Shown here piece by piece: positions 44,930 to 57,416 of a stretch of 64,000 bases of DNA. Below the pieces are notes generated by a model that worked only from the letters and a program-made list of their open reading frames with translations, made no database searches and was not told where the DNA came from. Location: the NCBI RefSeq assembly GCF_020745735.1, contig NC_083409.1, positions 17,174,619-17,238,618 of the forward strand, given 5' to 3'. How positions within the stretch are numbered: position 1 is the stretch's first letter; each line of letters opens with the position of its first letter. This DNA is from Hemiscyllium ocellatum. Its lineage: Eukaryota. A program made the position numbers and the translations under genes.

Positions 44930-46900
44930 TCTACCCTGCTCCATCCTCCTTACTGACATCTGGGAGCTAGTGCCAAATTCAGGAGAGCTGTCTCACAGAT
45001 GACTCAAGCAACAGACTGACACTGTCATACTCACAGAACCATACAGACAATGTCCCAGACACTACCATCACTGTCCCTGCATGTGTCCTGTCCCACCAGA
45101 AAGGCAGACCCAGCAGAGCTGATGACACAGTAGTCTACAGCCAGAAGGGAGTTACCCTGGGATGTCTCAAAGTTGGCTCTGGACCTCATGACACCAGGTT
45201 AAACATGGGCGAGGAAACCTCCTGGTGATTACAAGGTATCTTGCTCCCTCGGCTGATGAATCAGTCTCCCGTGGGTGTTGAACAACATTTAGAGGAAGCA
45301 CTGAGGGTGATGACAGCAGAGAGTGTACTCTGGGTGCGGGGGTTTCAATGCCCACCAGTGAGAGTGGCTCGGCAGCAGCATTACTGATCGAGCTGGTTGG
45401 TTCCTCATGGATGTAGCTGAGGGACTGGCTCTGCAGCTGGAACCAAAAAGATGGAAAAAGATTCTTGACCCCATCCTCACCAATCTTGTGGATGTAGGTG
45501 CATCTGTCCTTGACAGTGTTGGTAAGAGTGACCATCACACAGTCCTTGTGGAAACAAAGTCTGACCTTCACATTGAGAATCCCCTCCATTGTGTTGTGTG
45601 GTACTATCACCGTACTAAATAGGACAGACTCCGAACAGATATTGCAACTCAAGGCAAACTTGTAAATGGGGATGATTGCCAAAGATTGCATAATGCTCAG
45701 CACTCTTCTCAACTCCACAGATATTGAAGCAGTCCACATGCAAATGCAACAATATCTGGACAATATCCAGGTTTTGTCTAAGAAGTGGCATTTCCCATTG
45801 GTGCCATGCAAATGCCAACCAATCACCATCACCAATAAGAGACAAACTTAACATCGACCCTTGACAATCCATGCTATTACCATCACTGAATCCCCACGAT
45901 CAACATTCTTGAGGTGCCATTGACCAGAAACACAACTGGATTCACCAAAGAAACACAGTGGTTACAAGAGCAAGTTAGAGGCTAGGAATACTGCATCCAG
46001 TAATTCACCTCCTGATACCCCAAAGCTGCATCAACCAATCAGAAGTGTGAGCAAATACTCCCCAATTGCCTGGACAGGTGCAGCTCCAACAACATTCATA
46101 GATTGACAGTGTCACAGAGTCATACAGCACAGAAACAAAACCTTAAGCCAAACTTCTACATGCTGACCAGGTTTTCTGAAGTGAACTCATCTTATTTGCC
46201 TGCATTTCACACATATTCCTTGAAACCTTTCCTATCTATGTCGATTGTATCCTATGTCTTTCTTATCCACTCAAAAAGCTTGATACCATCCAGAGCAAAG
46301 CAAACTCCTTGATTGGCATCGCATTCTCAAAGCATCCAAACTCAATGTCACTGACGCTCCGTCGGCAGCAGTGTGTATTATTGATAAGATGCACTGCAGA
46401 AATTCATCACCGATCTTCAGATAGCACCTTCCAAACCCATGGACAAAAATAGAAATTGCAGGAAAAGCTTAGCAGGTCTGGCAGCATCTTGGAGAGAAAT
46501 CAGAATTAACATTTCGGGTTGACATAAATATTAACTCTGATTTCTCTTCACAGATGCTGCCAGACCTGCTGAGCTTTTCCAGCACTTTCTATTTTTGTCT
46601 CAGATTTACAGCATCTGCAGTTCTTTTAGTTTCCCTCCAAACCCACGTTCACTTCCATTTAGAACAAGAGCAGCAGATACATGGGAACACTGTGAGCTGC
46701 AAGTTCCCCTCGAAAAAGCTTAGCATCCTGACTTGGAAATATGTCGCTGATCCCTCAGCCTTGCTGGGTTAAAATGCTGGCATTCTCTCCCCAACAGCAT
46801 TGTGGGTCAACTTACGTCTTGTGGACTATAGTCAAAAAGTCAGGTTCCCACCGCCTTCTCCAGGGCAACTAGGGACAGGGTAAAAAAATGTTGGCCCAGC
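44930..46900 (+). mobile_element. Decayed non-LTR retrotransposon (APE-RT, CR1/L2-related), internally deleted
   Basis: APE-like remnants ('gacactgtcatactcacagaa', 'gtaagagtgaccatcacacagtcctt') and a 3' region shared with 25500-25860; the family assignment is tentative. Confidence 0.55.
46440..46632. mobile_element. Fold-back Penelope-derived mini element with a 13-bp TSD
   Basis: Arms 46442-~46512 and ~46533-46599; TSD CCTTCCAAACCCA (46427-46439) / CCCTCCAAACCCA (46633-46645). Confidence 0.75.
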
Positions 46901-48149
46901 CGGTGAAGCCACTTCCCACAAGTGAATATGCAAAACCAAATGAAGTGTCCCTCAGGAGGGGAGAGGGAATGTTCAGGGTCCTGAACTCCATTTCCCAGCC
47001 CAGGCAGTTTGTCTCCCAATGAATGAATGAGATGCCAATTTGAAGCCCAGGTTCAGGGCAGTCTCACTCTGTGGACATGAGGTCTCTAAGAGAGAATTGG
47101 AGATTGAGCTGTAAAGGAAAGATTTGCTGGGTTATGGGGAGAGAGAGGGGAGCAGTGGGATTCACTGGGTCATTCAAAGGCATGATGGGCTGAATGGCCT
47201 CCTCCTGTGCTGTCAGATTCCAGGGAGTGCAGACAGTTTACAGTTTTCTCCATCTCAGTAACAAACACCCAGCTGCTCCGAGCTCTTTCTTTCACTTCCT
47301 CTCTTGATGAAGTTTCAACCTTGTGCTCTGACAGTCTTTGCATTTATTTTTTTACACTGGGGCTTTCTGCTGTGGTCAGAAACTCTAATAATAAGTGTCC
47401 AATCAGTGACAATCACAGCAGCTAAGAGCAGTCAGGACTGAGGAGCCAGGCTCACTGGGAAACACATTGGGAAGATCAAAGCCATCCTCTTCAGCTCCTG
47501 GTACAAGCTCCATCCCTCTCCCTGAGCACTGTCTGCTGCTCAACCAGACTCTTTACAACTTTGGCCTCATCTTTGGGGCTGATTTGAGGCCCAAATCCTC
47601 CACATCACAATTATCAGCCACTGAAAATCTCAACCATATTTTTGTGACCATTCCAATGATATCCAGGCCCACATCACAGCCACTGACTTCCGTAAACATC
47701 AGCTCATCCCAAACTCTGCTGTCTGTTTTCAAACTCACACCAAGTCCACCCCATACCCCTGCCCAAACCTCCCCACCCCACCATGACCACCACACAATCC
47801 TCACTGACTGACATAAGCTCCTGGTCCAGCAACACCTCGATTTTTAAATTCTCATCCTTGTTCTCAATCTGCTCCCTGTTGTTCCACCCTCCCTATCTCT
47901 GTGACCTCCTCCAAGCTGCCTCACTCAGTGTGATCAATAATCTTGGATATATGGCTCTCTGTTTCTTCATCCAAATCATTGAGAAATATCGTGAAAAGCT
48001 GAGGTCCCAGCACAGATCCCTGGGAATAACACTACTCACATCTGTCTCATTGGAACACACGCACATTATCCTTCCTCTCTGTCTCCTAGACAGACCCATT
48101 CCTGACCCAAGGTAAATGCATTTCTCAAATTCCAATCAATTCCATGATT

Positions 48150-48275
48150 AGGAGATGCCAGTGTTGGACTGTTATGTAAATGTTAAAAATCACACAACAC
48201 CAGGTTCTAATGCAACAGGTTTGTTTGGAAGCATAGCGTTTGGAGCACTGCTCCTTCATCAGATGGTTGTGGAGT
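48150..48275 (-). mobile_element. Partial copy of the second mini-element family with a degenerate hammerhead motif
   Basis: Minus strand: ccat-CTGATGA-a-GGAGC-agt-GCTCC-aaac-gcta (about 48232-48265); shares 'aaaaatcacacaacaccaggtt' with 39899. Confidence 0.55.
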
Positions 48276-48639
48276 GTAAGATCTGAACCAATGCTTCTTT
48301 TGTGGAACATACTTTAATGTTTTTTGGAAGTCCCGATAGACAATAGCCATCGACATTCCCTTATATCCCAAACTAATGAGCTCCTAACAAAGTTGTAATC
48401 CGGTTATTTAAAGATGTCTGAACCTTTGTCAATCCAGGCTGTCTCTCTCGGACCAGTTCATATTTGTCCGTTATTCTGCCTTTAAAAACAGACTCAATCA
48501 CTTCCTGACAACAGACATTCAATGGAGATGTTCATTGTAATTGAGGCTCGTAAACAGCTAGCACTGACACGAGGAGGCTGAACAGCCTCCTCCTGTGCTG
48601 GCATCTTCTCTGTCTCCTTGACGGAAATATTTTACAGAT

Positions 48640-49785
48640 TAAAAACTAAAGACCAGCAGCAAATTTTAAAATATAAATTAAAAATCTCCTCAAATAATTT
48701 CCACATACAGGGCCAGGCGATGTGTAGTAATTGCACAATGGGGAAGGCTGGTGGAGCCCATTGTAGCTCAGAGTGACCACATCTACAGCAAGTCTTGGTT
48801 GCTCAAGACACTCCAGCTCCGAGTTGATGAGCTGGAATCTGAGCTTCAAACACTGCGACACATCAGGGAGGGGGGAGAGTTACATGGACACTGTGTTTGG
48901 GGAGACAGTCACACCTTGTAGGTTAAATACTTCAATTATGGCCAGTGGTCAGGGACAGGAGGGTGTGACCAAAAGTGAACAGGCCGATGCAGCCTGGATT
49001 TAGCCTTACAGGTGCCTCAGCTCCTTGTCCAACAGGAATGAGGTACTTGCTCCCTGTGTCAATGAGGAAAAGGATTGTCCGGAGAATGGGCAAATGTAGT
49101 TTGAGGATTTTGGTGATAGTGACCATAACTCTGTAAGTTTCAAAGTCATTATATAAAAAGATAAAGATAGGGCAGCAGAAATTATAATGTCTAAACTGGG
49201 GAAAATGTAGGGATGTGTAGGTTAGGTGCATTACCCATGGGAGATGCAGATTTACAGGGATAAGGTAGGGAGACAAGTCTGGGTGGGATGCTCTTCAGAA
49301 TGTTGGTGTGGACTCATTGGTCTGAATGGCCTGTTTCACACTGTATGGATTCTATAATCGATGACTCCTAAGGGCAGTCATTGCTGGCTTGGCCAGAGAT
49401 GTCCATTTCCTATGAATGAACGAAGGAAACCACTGCACCATGGTCCAGGAGGCCACTCAGATTGGGGGGGAGCATAAAGAAAAGAGGGGTCTTGATAATG
49501 AGGGGAACTGATAGCATCCTTTGTGAGCAGGATTGAGAGCCCCACTTGGTGTGTTCCTGCCTGGTTTCAAGGTAAGGGCATCTCGAGCCGGCTTTTTAAG
49601 TATAACAGACTTGGGGGGGTGGGGGGGTGGGGGTTGAGGATCCAGTTGTTGTTGTCTGTGTCGGGACCAACAACATCAACAAAAATCGGCAAAAGGCCCT
49701 ATTTGGACAATATCAGGAAAGCTATCAGAAGGATATTGATTAGACAGATGGAGAAAATAAGAAAGAGGTGAATACAGCATCAGTG
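48640..49785 (+). mobile_element. CR1 ORF1 remnants interrupted by a SINE 3' half (about 49200-49360)
   Basis: 'gagttgatgagctggaatctgagcttcaaacactgcgacacatcagggagggggagag' and 'gtgtgttcctgcctggt..aagg' resemble CR1 ORF1; SINE tail 'ggatgtgtaggttagg..gattctata'. Confidence 0.6.
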
Positions 49786-49798
49786 NNNNNNNNNNNNN
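49786..49798. other. Assembly gap (13 N)
   Basis: Exactly 13 n characters. Confidence 0.99.
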
Positions 49799-52700
49799 CT
49801 GGACTTTCAGAAAGCTTTTGATAAAGTTCCACATAGGAGGTTAGTGAGTAAACTTAGGGCGCATGGTATTGGGGACAAAGTACTAGATTGGATTTAAAAT
49901 TGGTTTGGCTGATAGGAAACATTGGGTAGTGATAAACGGCTCCATTTCAGAATGGCAGGCAGTGACCAGTGGGGACCGCAAGGATCCTGCTGGGACCACA
50001 GCTTTTTACAATATATGTTATTATAAAGAAGATGGTATCAGCAATAACATTAGCAAATTTGCTGATGATACAAAGCTGGGTGCAGGGTGAAATGTGATGA
50101 GGATGTTAGGAGATTACAGGGTGACCTGACAAGTTAGATGAGTGGGCAGATGCATGGCAGATGCAGTTTAATGTGGATAAATGTATGGTTATCCACTTTG
50201 GTGGCAAGAACAGGAAGGCAGATTACTACCTCAATGGAATTAATTTAGGTAAAGGGGCAGTACAGAGAGATCTGGTGTTCTTGTACACCGTCAATAAAGC
50301 AAGCATGCAGTTTACAGGTAGAAAGAAGGCTAATAGCATGCTGGCCTTCATAACAAGAGGGATTGAGTATAGGAGCAAAGAGGTGCTTCTGCAGCTGTAC
50401 AGGGCCCTGTGAGACCACACCGGAGTACGGTGTGTAGTTCTGGTCTCCAAATTTGAGGAAGGACATTTGGCTATTGAGGGGTGCAGCGTAGGTTCACGAG
50501 GTCAATTCTGGAATGGCAGGATTACCTTACACTGAAAGACTGAAGCGACTGACTGGCTTGTATACCCTTGAGTTTAGAGACTGAGAGGGGATCTGATTGA
50601 GACATATACGACTATAAAAGGATTGGACACTCTGGCAGCAGAACATGTTTCCGCTGATGGTGAGTGCCAAACCAGAGACACAGCTTAAAAATTTAGGACA
50701 GAGATGAGGAGAAACTTCTTCACCCAGAGAGTGATGCTGTATGAAATGCTCTGCCCAGAGGACAGTGGAGGCCAGTCTCTGGATTCATTTAAGAAAGAGT
50801 TGGATAGAGCTCTCAAAGATAGTGGAATCAAGGGTTATGGAGATAAGGCAGGGAGTGGATACTGATTAGGAATGATCAGCCATGATCATATTGAATGGCG
50901 GTGCAGGCTCGAAGGGCCCAATGGCCTACTCCTGCACCTATTGTCTATTGTCTATTGTTGTTAGTCTCAATGTTGCCACAGATTAAGTTCTCCCAGAGAT
51001 TCATAATTCATTCCAGATTTTAAACAAGGGAGGGATGTTGTGCGGAGACAGATGGGAAGGCATGGAGAGGAAACAAAAAGGGAGAGAGAATTGCATTGCT
51101 GTTACAACCGTTCATGAGCTCAGGATGTTCAAAGATGTTTTACCAGCTAATGGAATACTTCAAAGTCTAGTCATTGTTGTACTGTTGGGGGGTAGGGGGG
51201 AATGACAGATCCCCAAACAGAAGGAATGCCAAAAATGCTATCACTATGAGAGTGGAAAAGGTCGGGTGGGGATAGTGACAGTGATGCCCCCACAGAGAGA
51301 GGGGAAGGTACACTGACACATTAAAACTGTATCAACACAAGTGAGAAATCAAAAACCACCCACTCCATCATGAGTCTTCCATATTGTTGGTTTGATCAGT
51401 GACGTAGCAAGGAAGCAGCAGCTGCCCCATGAACTCCAACAAAAGAATGAGAACAGGCTCTTCATACGGAGCTGGCTCACGAGAATCCAATTCAACAGCA
51501 GGACCAAAGAACAAGGAACAATACAGCACAGGAACAGGCCCTTTGGCCCTCCCACCTGTGCTGACACATTTTGCCCTTCCTGACTGAAACTGTATTCACC
51601 TACAGGATTCATATCCCTCTATTCCCTTCCTATCCATGTATTCATCCAGATGTTTCTTGAATGCTGCCATTGTGTCTGCTTCCACCACGTCCACTGGCTG
51701 TGTGTTCCAGCCCCTCACCACCGCTTCTGTGAAATACTTACCTCACACATCTGTTTTAATCCCCACCGCAACCCCCCCCCCCACCTTGAACCTGTGTCCC
51801 CTAGTAACTGACCCCCTCTACCCTGGGAAAAACCCTCATATTTCCCACTCTCTCCATGCTATTCACAATTTCATCCATTTCTATTAGGTTGCCCTTCAAC
51901 CTCCTGATTCCAATGAAAACAAAGCCAGTCTATCCAACCTTCCTTCATCACCAAAACCCTCCATATCAGACAGCATTCTTGGTATTTTTTCTTCTGTACC
52001 CTCTCCAAAGCATCGACATCCTTCTGGTCATGTGACCAGAACCATATGCAATATTCCCAGTGTGGCCAAACTAAAGTTCAGTAAAGCTGCAGTGTAACTT
52101 GTCTATCCTAATCCTCAGTGCTCTCCCAATGTAGCCAAAGCTGCCATTGGCCTTTTTTACTACCTTAGGTGCTGCCACCATCAGTGATCTGTGAACATGT
52201 ACATCCAGATCCCTCTGCATTTCAATACTCCAATGGATTCTGCCATTCACTGTGCAGGTATTCTGCCACCTGTATTTCATCTTACAAAATGCATCATTTC
52301 ACATATATCATGTGCCATTTAAATGTCATGTGCCGTTTTCTATCCATGCATCCAATTGATCTGTGTCCTGCTGTAGCCTCTGATAATCTGATCATTAACT
52401 GCAACTCCAGCAATCTTTGTGGCATCCACAAACTCATCAATGAGACTAGCCATGTTTTCGTCCAAATCACTGGAGACCATGAACAGCAAAGGTCCCATCA
52501 TTGATCCCTGCAAAACCCCACAAGACACAGCCTCCATTTTGAAATCCATCCTTCCATCACTACCCTCTGTCTCCTCTGACTCAACCAGTTCTGTGCCCAG
52601 TGCTGGGAACATTTTAGACAAGACACCTTGTTGCCAGCTCGTTACTGCAACTTGATCCAGTTCAGTCAGAAGAGACAAAGGACAATGTGCAGATTGTTGA

Positions 52701-53075
52701 ACAGGCCCCTACACCTGGGTCTGAGGGAGGGGCCCAAGCTCCAACACACTACACACGAAATTTCAGACAGAGTGGGGTCATGAAATCTGTCCATATGTTC
52801 CTTTGGGACCGGAAAGGAATGAGGAAATAGAGGCAATTGTAGAAGAGTCAATAAGGATTAAAGCAAGATTGAAGGAGAGTTTTGGAAAGGTTTTAGTGGA
52901 GAAAATATACTTTTTGCCACCCAATGCTGACGTAGTCTCCGTGTGTCACATCATGAATAAAACAGCACACTACGAGGACAATCAAAAGTTACACAAAATT
53001 ACTTCTTTTTGATATATCATAGCACGCAGACCATTTTCATTGTGGTGCAATTAGGTATCCTGGTTCAAAAGATGT

Positions 53076-53106
<31 letters not shown>

Positions 53107-56100
53107 TTCCTCGTTTGTACAGATCGAGCTGGTTAGATCCTCACACAGCCCCAGTTTATTTGGACTGTTCAGTAATGTGGGGATGCCGATGTTGGACTGG
53201 GGTACACCTGATGAAGTAGCAGCGCTTCGGAAGCTTGTGATTTCAAATGAATCGGTTGGGCTAGAACCTGGTGTAGTGTGTCCTCTGACTTTGAAACAGC
53301 TGCTTTCTAGTTACTATGGAGGACTTCCACAGCTACTGAAGACTATGGGTAATGACTCCTTCCATTAGCTGCAAACACACCAGTAGTCATTCCAGTGGAT
53401 TCTAGTGGGAATGACCAATCAGTTGCTTTGACCTAGTTCCCCAGTTAATCAGGCCATGGCTGACCTGGAATACATTCTCCCTTTGTCCTGTAAACCGTAC
53501 TGCCCTGAGTAAATGGCTACTGAAACCCAACCTCAACAGCTTTTTATTTTGGATTGAGGTTCCAGATTTCCATCACTCTATCCGAAGGAAATTTTCCTGA
53601 AATTGCCTGAATTACAATTTTGACATGCCTCTTGTACTGGACTCTGGGACTGGAGAAAGCAATTTACATCAACATTGTTCATCATCTCTGGGGAAAAGTA
53701 ACGCTGATGTAACCTGTTCTCTCTCATTAACAGTTTCTGATCTGAAGGTGACATCACAGGCTGGATACTGAGAGGGTGGATCCTGTTATCGGGCAGACGA
53801 AAACTGGAGGGCCAGTTTAGCACAAAGTAGTCTCCCATTGAAAAGGAAGGAGGGGTTTTCTTGCTGAGGGTTGATAGCCTGTGGAATTCTGTTCTGTACA
53901 TGGGAATGGAGGTTCACTCATGGAGTTGGCACAAGGTTAAAGTAGACAGATTTTTTGATGAACAAGGCAATTAAGGATAATGGGAGGGGGTGGGGAAGCA
54001 GAAAGTACAGGTGAGACAACACCCAGATAAGTAGTGATCTTCTTTATTGACAGAGCAGCTCCCAAAAGGCCTGCTCCTGCTCCTGGGCCCTATGTTCTGG
54101 CAGTGGCTGCAGCAATCCTGGACCCCCAGCTTTCCTTTGTCACTCACTGACAAAAATGACAAAAGTTAAAATTATTTTCTTTAACAAGACCAACTCAACT
54201 CTTGTTGCAGTCATTTTCTTTGCTGGATTTTAATTTCAGCAGGGTTTTAGAAACACATCATTTGCCTTATGTTGCAGTGGAGACAGACACAGGGCAGTGA
54301 GGCCTCAGAGAGCACCGAGAGCTTTCACTCTGCACAACAAGGCTGTCAGCACAAGCATCTGGTGACAGGATTGTAGGGGTTGAAAAGGAGAGAGTCACTG
54401 AGAAAAGAGACCTTATAGTTCAAAATAAAACCTCTTCATATATTCCCACACTCTAATGAATTAATGTTAGAGGATTAGAAACCCAGAACGGTGAGAGTGT
54501 GCTGGCTCAGAGGCTAAAAGGCAGACAGCAAGGAGCTGCATTATTCCTTCTCATTATTATTTCTGCTTCATCATTGGTGAGCTTCATAATTATTGCCCAC
54601 CCCCAGTTGCTTGGACGAAGTTCTTTGCTGAGCCAGATCATGGGGTCATTAAAAATGGATCATGTCACAGTGGGGCAGGAGTCACAAACCGGGCTCCCTC
54701 ACCGAAAGAACATTTGTGAACATCACATTGAATTTCATGTCTATTTTGTACAGATTCCAGCGCCTTCCTTTCCAGATATTACATGGCTCACCACCGCCCT
54801 CTCCAGGACAATTAGGGAAAGGCAACCAATAACCAACACGTCAACGCCCGCCCCATCCCAGGAGAAATCAAGAGAAATAATGTAAAATTAAAATAATCAA
54901 ACTGGTGAGGCTTGAATTAATCTCTTTGAAAGACTGGACTCTCAGCCAGAAACAGAGCCATGACATGGGTGACCCTGGTTTGTCAGACTGAAAGGTGAAG
55001 TGTCCTTTGGATTGACACTGGGATCAGCAAAAAATGAATTACTCTCAAAGATCGAGCAAACAGCTATCAAAGTGGGTCACCAAACTGCAGAGTACAGCAC
55101 CTGCAGCACCGCGTCCCCATCTCTATCCTTGCTGTTGCCCTTCCCTAACTGTCCTGGAGAGGGCGGTGGTGAGCCATGGGTTTCTTGAAGAGGGTCTGAC
55201 AGAGGGACAAGGTCATGTCCTCGGCCTGAGCACAACTGTCTGACCTTCTGTGCTTTTCCAGCGCCACACTTTTTGACTCCGAGTAAACTATCCTTCAGGA
55301 GAATGAGCTGTGGCACAAGAGGAAACGTGGGAGTATTGGAAAGGCACCGGCAGCCTGGTCAGCCTGCAGAGGGGCAGAAACAGATTTGATGAATGAGATG
55401 ATATCCTTCTAAGCTGAAATACAGACTTAGGCTTTCAGAGCTACACAGTTTACATTGTTACTGACGGTGACTCCATGGGCAATGTTCCTGCTTCAGAGTC
55501 AAATGGTCACCTCAGAAATGAGAACACAGAATCCAGGTTGAGACTGCAGTGAACTCTGGCACAATGTTATGTATGAGATGCTCATTTAAAGCCCCACCAG
55601 CACCACCCAGACCCCAATCCCTCCACCTCAGGGGGCTCGACAAGTCCCATTCTGAAGAGATTCCCTCAGGTATCCTGCTCAATATTCAACTAATGCCACC
55701 AAAAAGATTTGTCTCATCATTCGTTTGCTGATTTTGGGACGTCAGCATTTTGTCTTGTGAAGGTGATTGCACTGTGCAGGCAGCTTTAAATATCCTGGGA
55801 TGATTACAAAAAAACACTGCACCAACAAGTGTTCTTTCTTCCTGTCACATAACAGGGGAGCTAATCAGTAACTGAAAATCCACACTGAAGGCAAACACTG
55901 AAGCTTCAGCTGAAAGGCTTTTTGCACCATGTTAACCTGCGCCCTGGGCATTTCCTTCCAGTGTCCGAGATGGTTACCAGGCTGGGATGGAGGCTTACAG
56001 GAGGCTGGAAGAGCACAGCAAGCCAGGCAGAATCTGGAGGTGGAGCAGTCAACATTTCGGGTATAACCCTTCTTCAGAACTGCAGGTGGGGGTAGGGGAG

Positions 56101-57380
56101 CTGCAAATCAAGGTGGGATCAGTTGTTTGGGCGGGTGGGGGTAATGGTGGAGTGGTAGGCATTAATGGATGAACACAGGTAGAGGGTTTGAAGTGGTTGG
56201 TTGATGGGAGGAATGAATTCATTTGGTGGCTAAAAGGGAGGGTCTGTAAGTGGAATAGATGGAGGAGGGGGACTGGAAAGGGAGTCAAAAGTTGGGAAAG
56301 GGAGGCTTTTTGAAACTAGAGAATTCAATGTTGATTCCTCTGGGTTGTAAGCTTCCCAGGCAAAAGATGATTATTTGTTCCTCCAATTTGCAGTCTGATT
56401 GCTTGTTGCAATGGAGGAAGCAGAGGATGGTCATGTCTGAGAGGGAATAGGAAGGGGAATTGAAATAGGCAGTGACTGGGAGGCCAGGTCAGCCTTTGTG
56501 AGCATGGCTGAGATGCTCAGCAAAACATGCCCTTAGTTTATGTTTGGTCTCACTGATGCAGAGAAGACCACAACGGGTGCACCGGATACAATAAACTAGG
56601 TTGGAGGAGAGGCAGGTGAACCTCTGTCTGACCTGGAAGGACTGGGGCCCTGGATGGAAATGACAGGGGTGGTGTGTCGGCAGGTTTTGCATCTTTTACG
56701 GTTGCAGGGGAAGGTACCAGGGTTTTGTTGGGGGAGGTGGGGGTAGGTGTGAAGTGTGGTGAAAACCAAGGATTGGCAAAGGGAACAGTCCTTGTGGAAG
56801 GCAGAGAGGGGTGGGGAGGGTAAGATGTTCATGGTGGTGGGGTCTAGCTGGAGTTGGCAGAATTGTTTGAGGATGATACGTTGGATGCGGAGATTGGTGG
56901 GTTGTAAGTTGAAGACAAGGGGAACCCTGTCTTTATTGAATTTTGGAGGGGGGTGTTTAGATTTGGAGAGCAGAGAATGGAGGAGGTGCAGTGGAGGGCT
57001 TTCTGGATGGCAGAGCTGGGAAAAGTACATGATTAAAAATAGGTGGACATCTGGACACTTAGGAGGGGAGCGTCTCCTCGTTCGAGCAGATGTGACGGAG
57101 ATGGAAGATTTGGGAAAACGGGTGGTGTTCTTGCAGGATACTGGTTGGGAGGAGGTGTTGTCCAGATACTTGTGTGAGTCTGTGGGTTAACAGTAAATGT
57201 CTGTTCCTAGACTGTCACCGGAGATGGAAATGGGGCGGTCAAGAAAGGAGAGGGATTTGTCCAAGATAGACTACGTGAATTTAAGAGTAAAAAGTGAGGC
57301 CTGCAGATGCTGGAGATCAGGGCTGAAAATGTGTTGCTGGTTAAAGCGCAACAGGTCAGGCAGCATCCATGGAATAGGAA

Positions 57381-57416
57381 ATTCGACGTTTCGGGCACAA
57401 GCCCTTCATCAGGAAT
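57381..57416 (-). ncRNA. Duplicate of the intact hammerhead motif at 23333-23368
   Basis: Identical 36-nt motif. Confidence 0.75.

Noticed and set aside
45738-45813. Two perfect ATGCAAAT octamers 3.7 kb upstream of V
   Set aside because: Both lie in a decayed LINE; an 8-mer is expected by chance a few times in a window this size; no conservation evidence.
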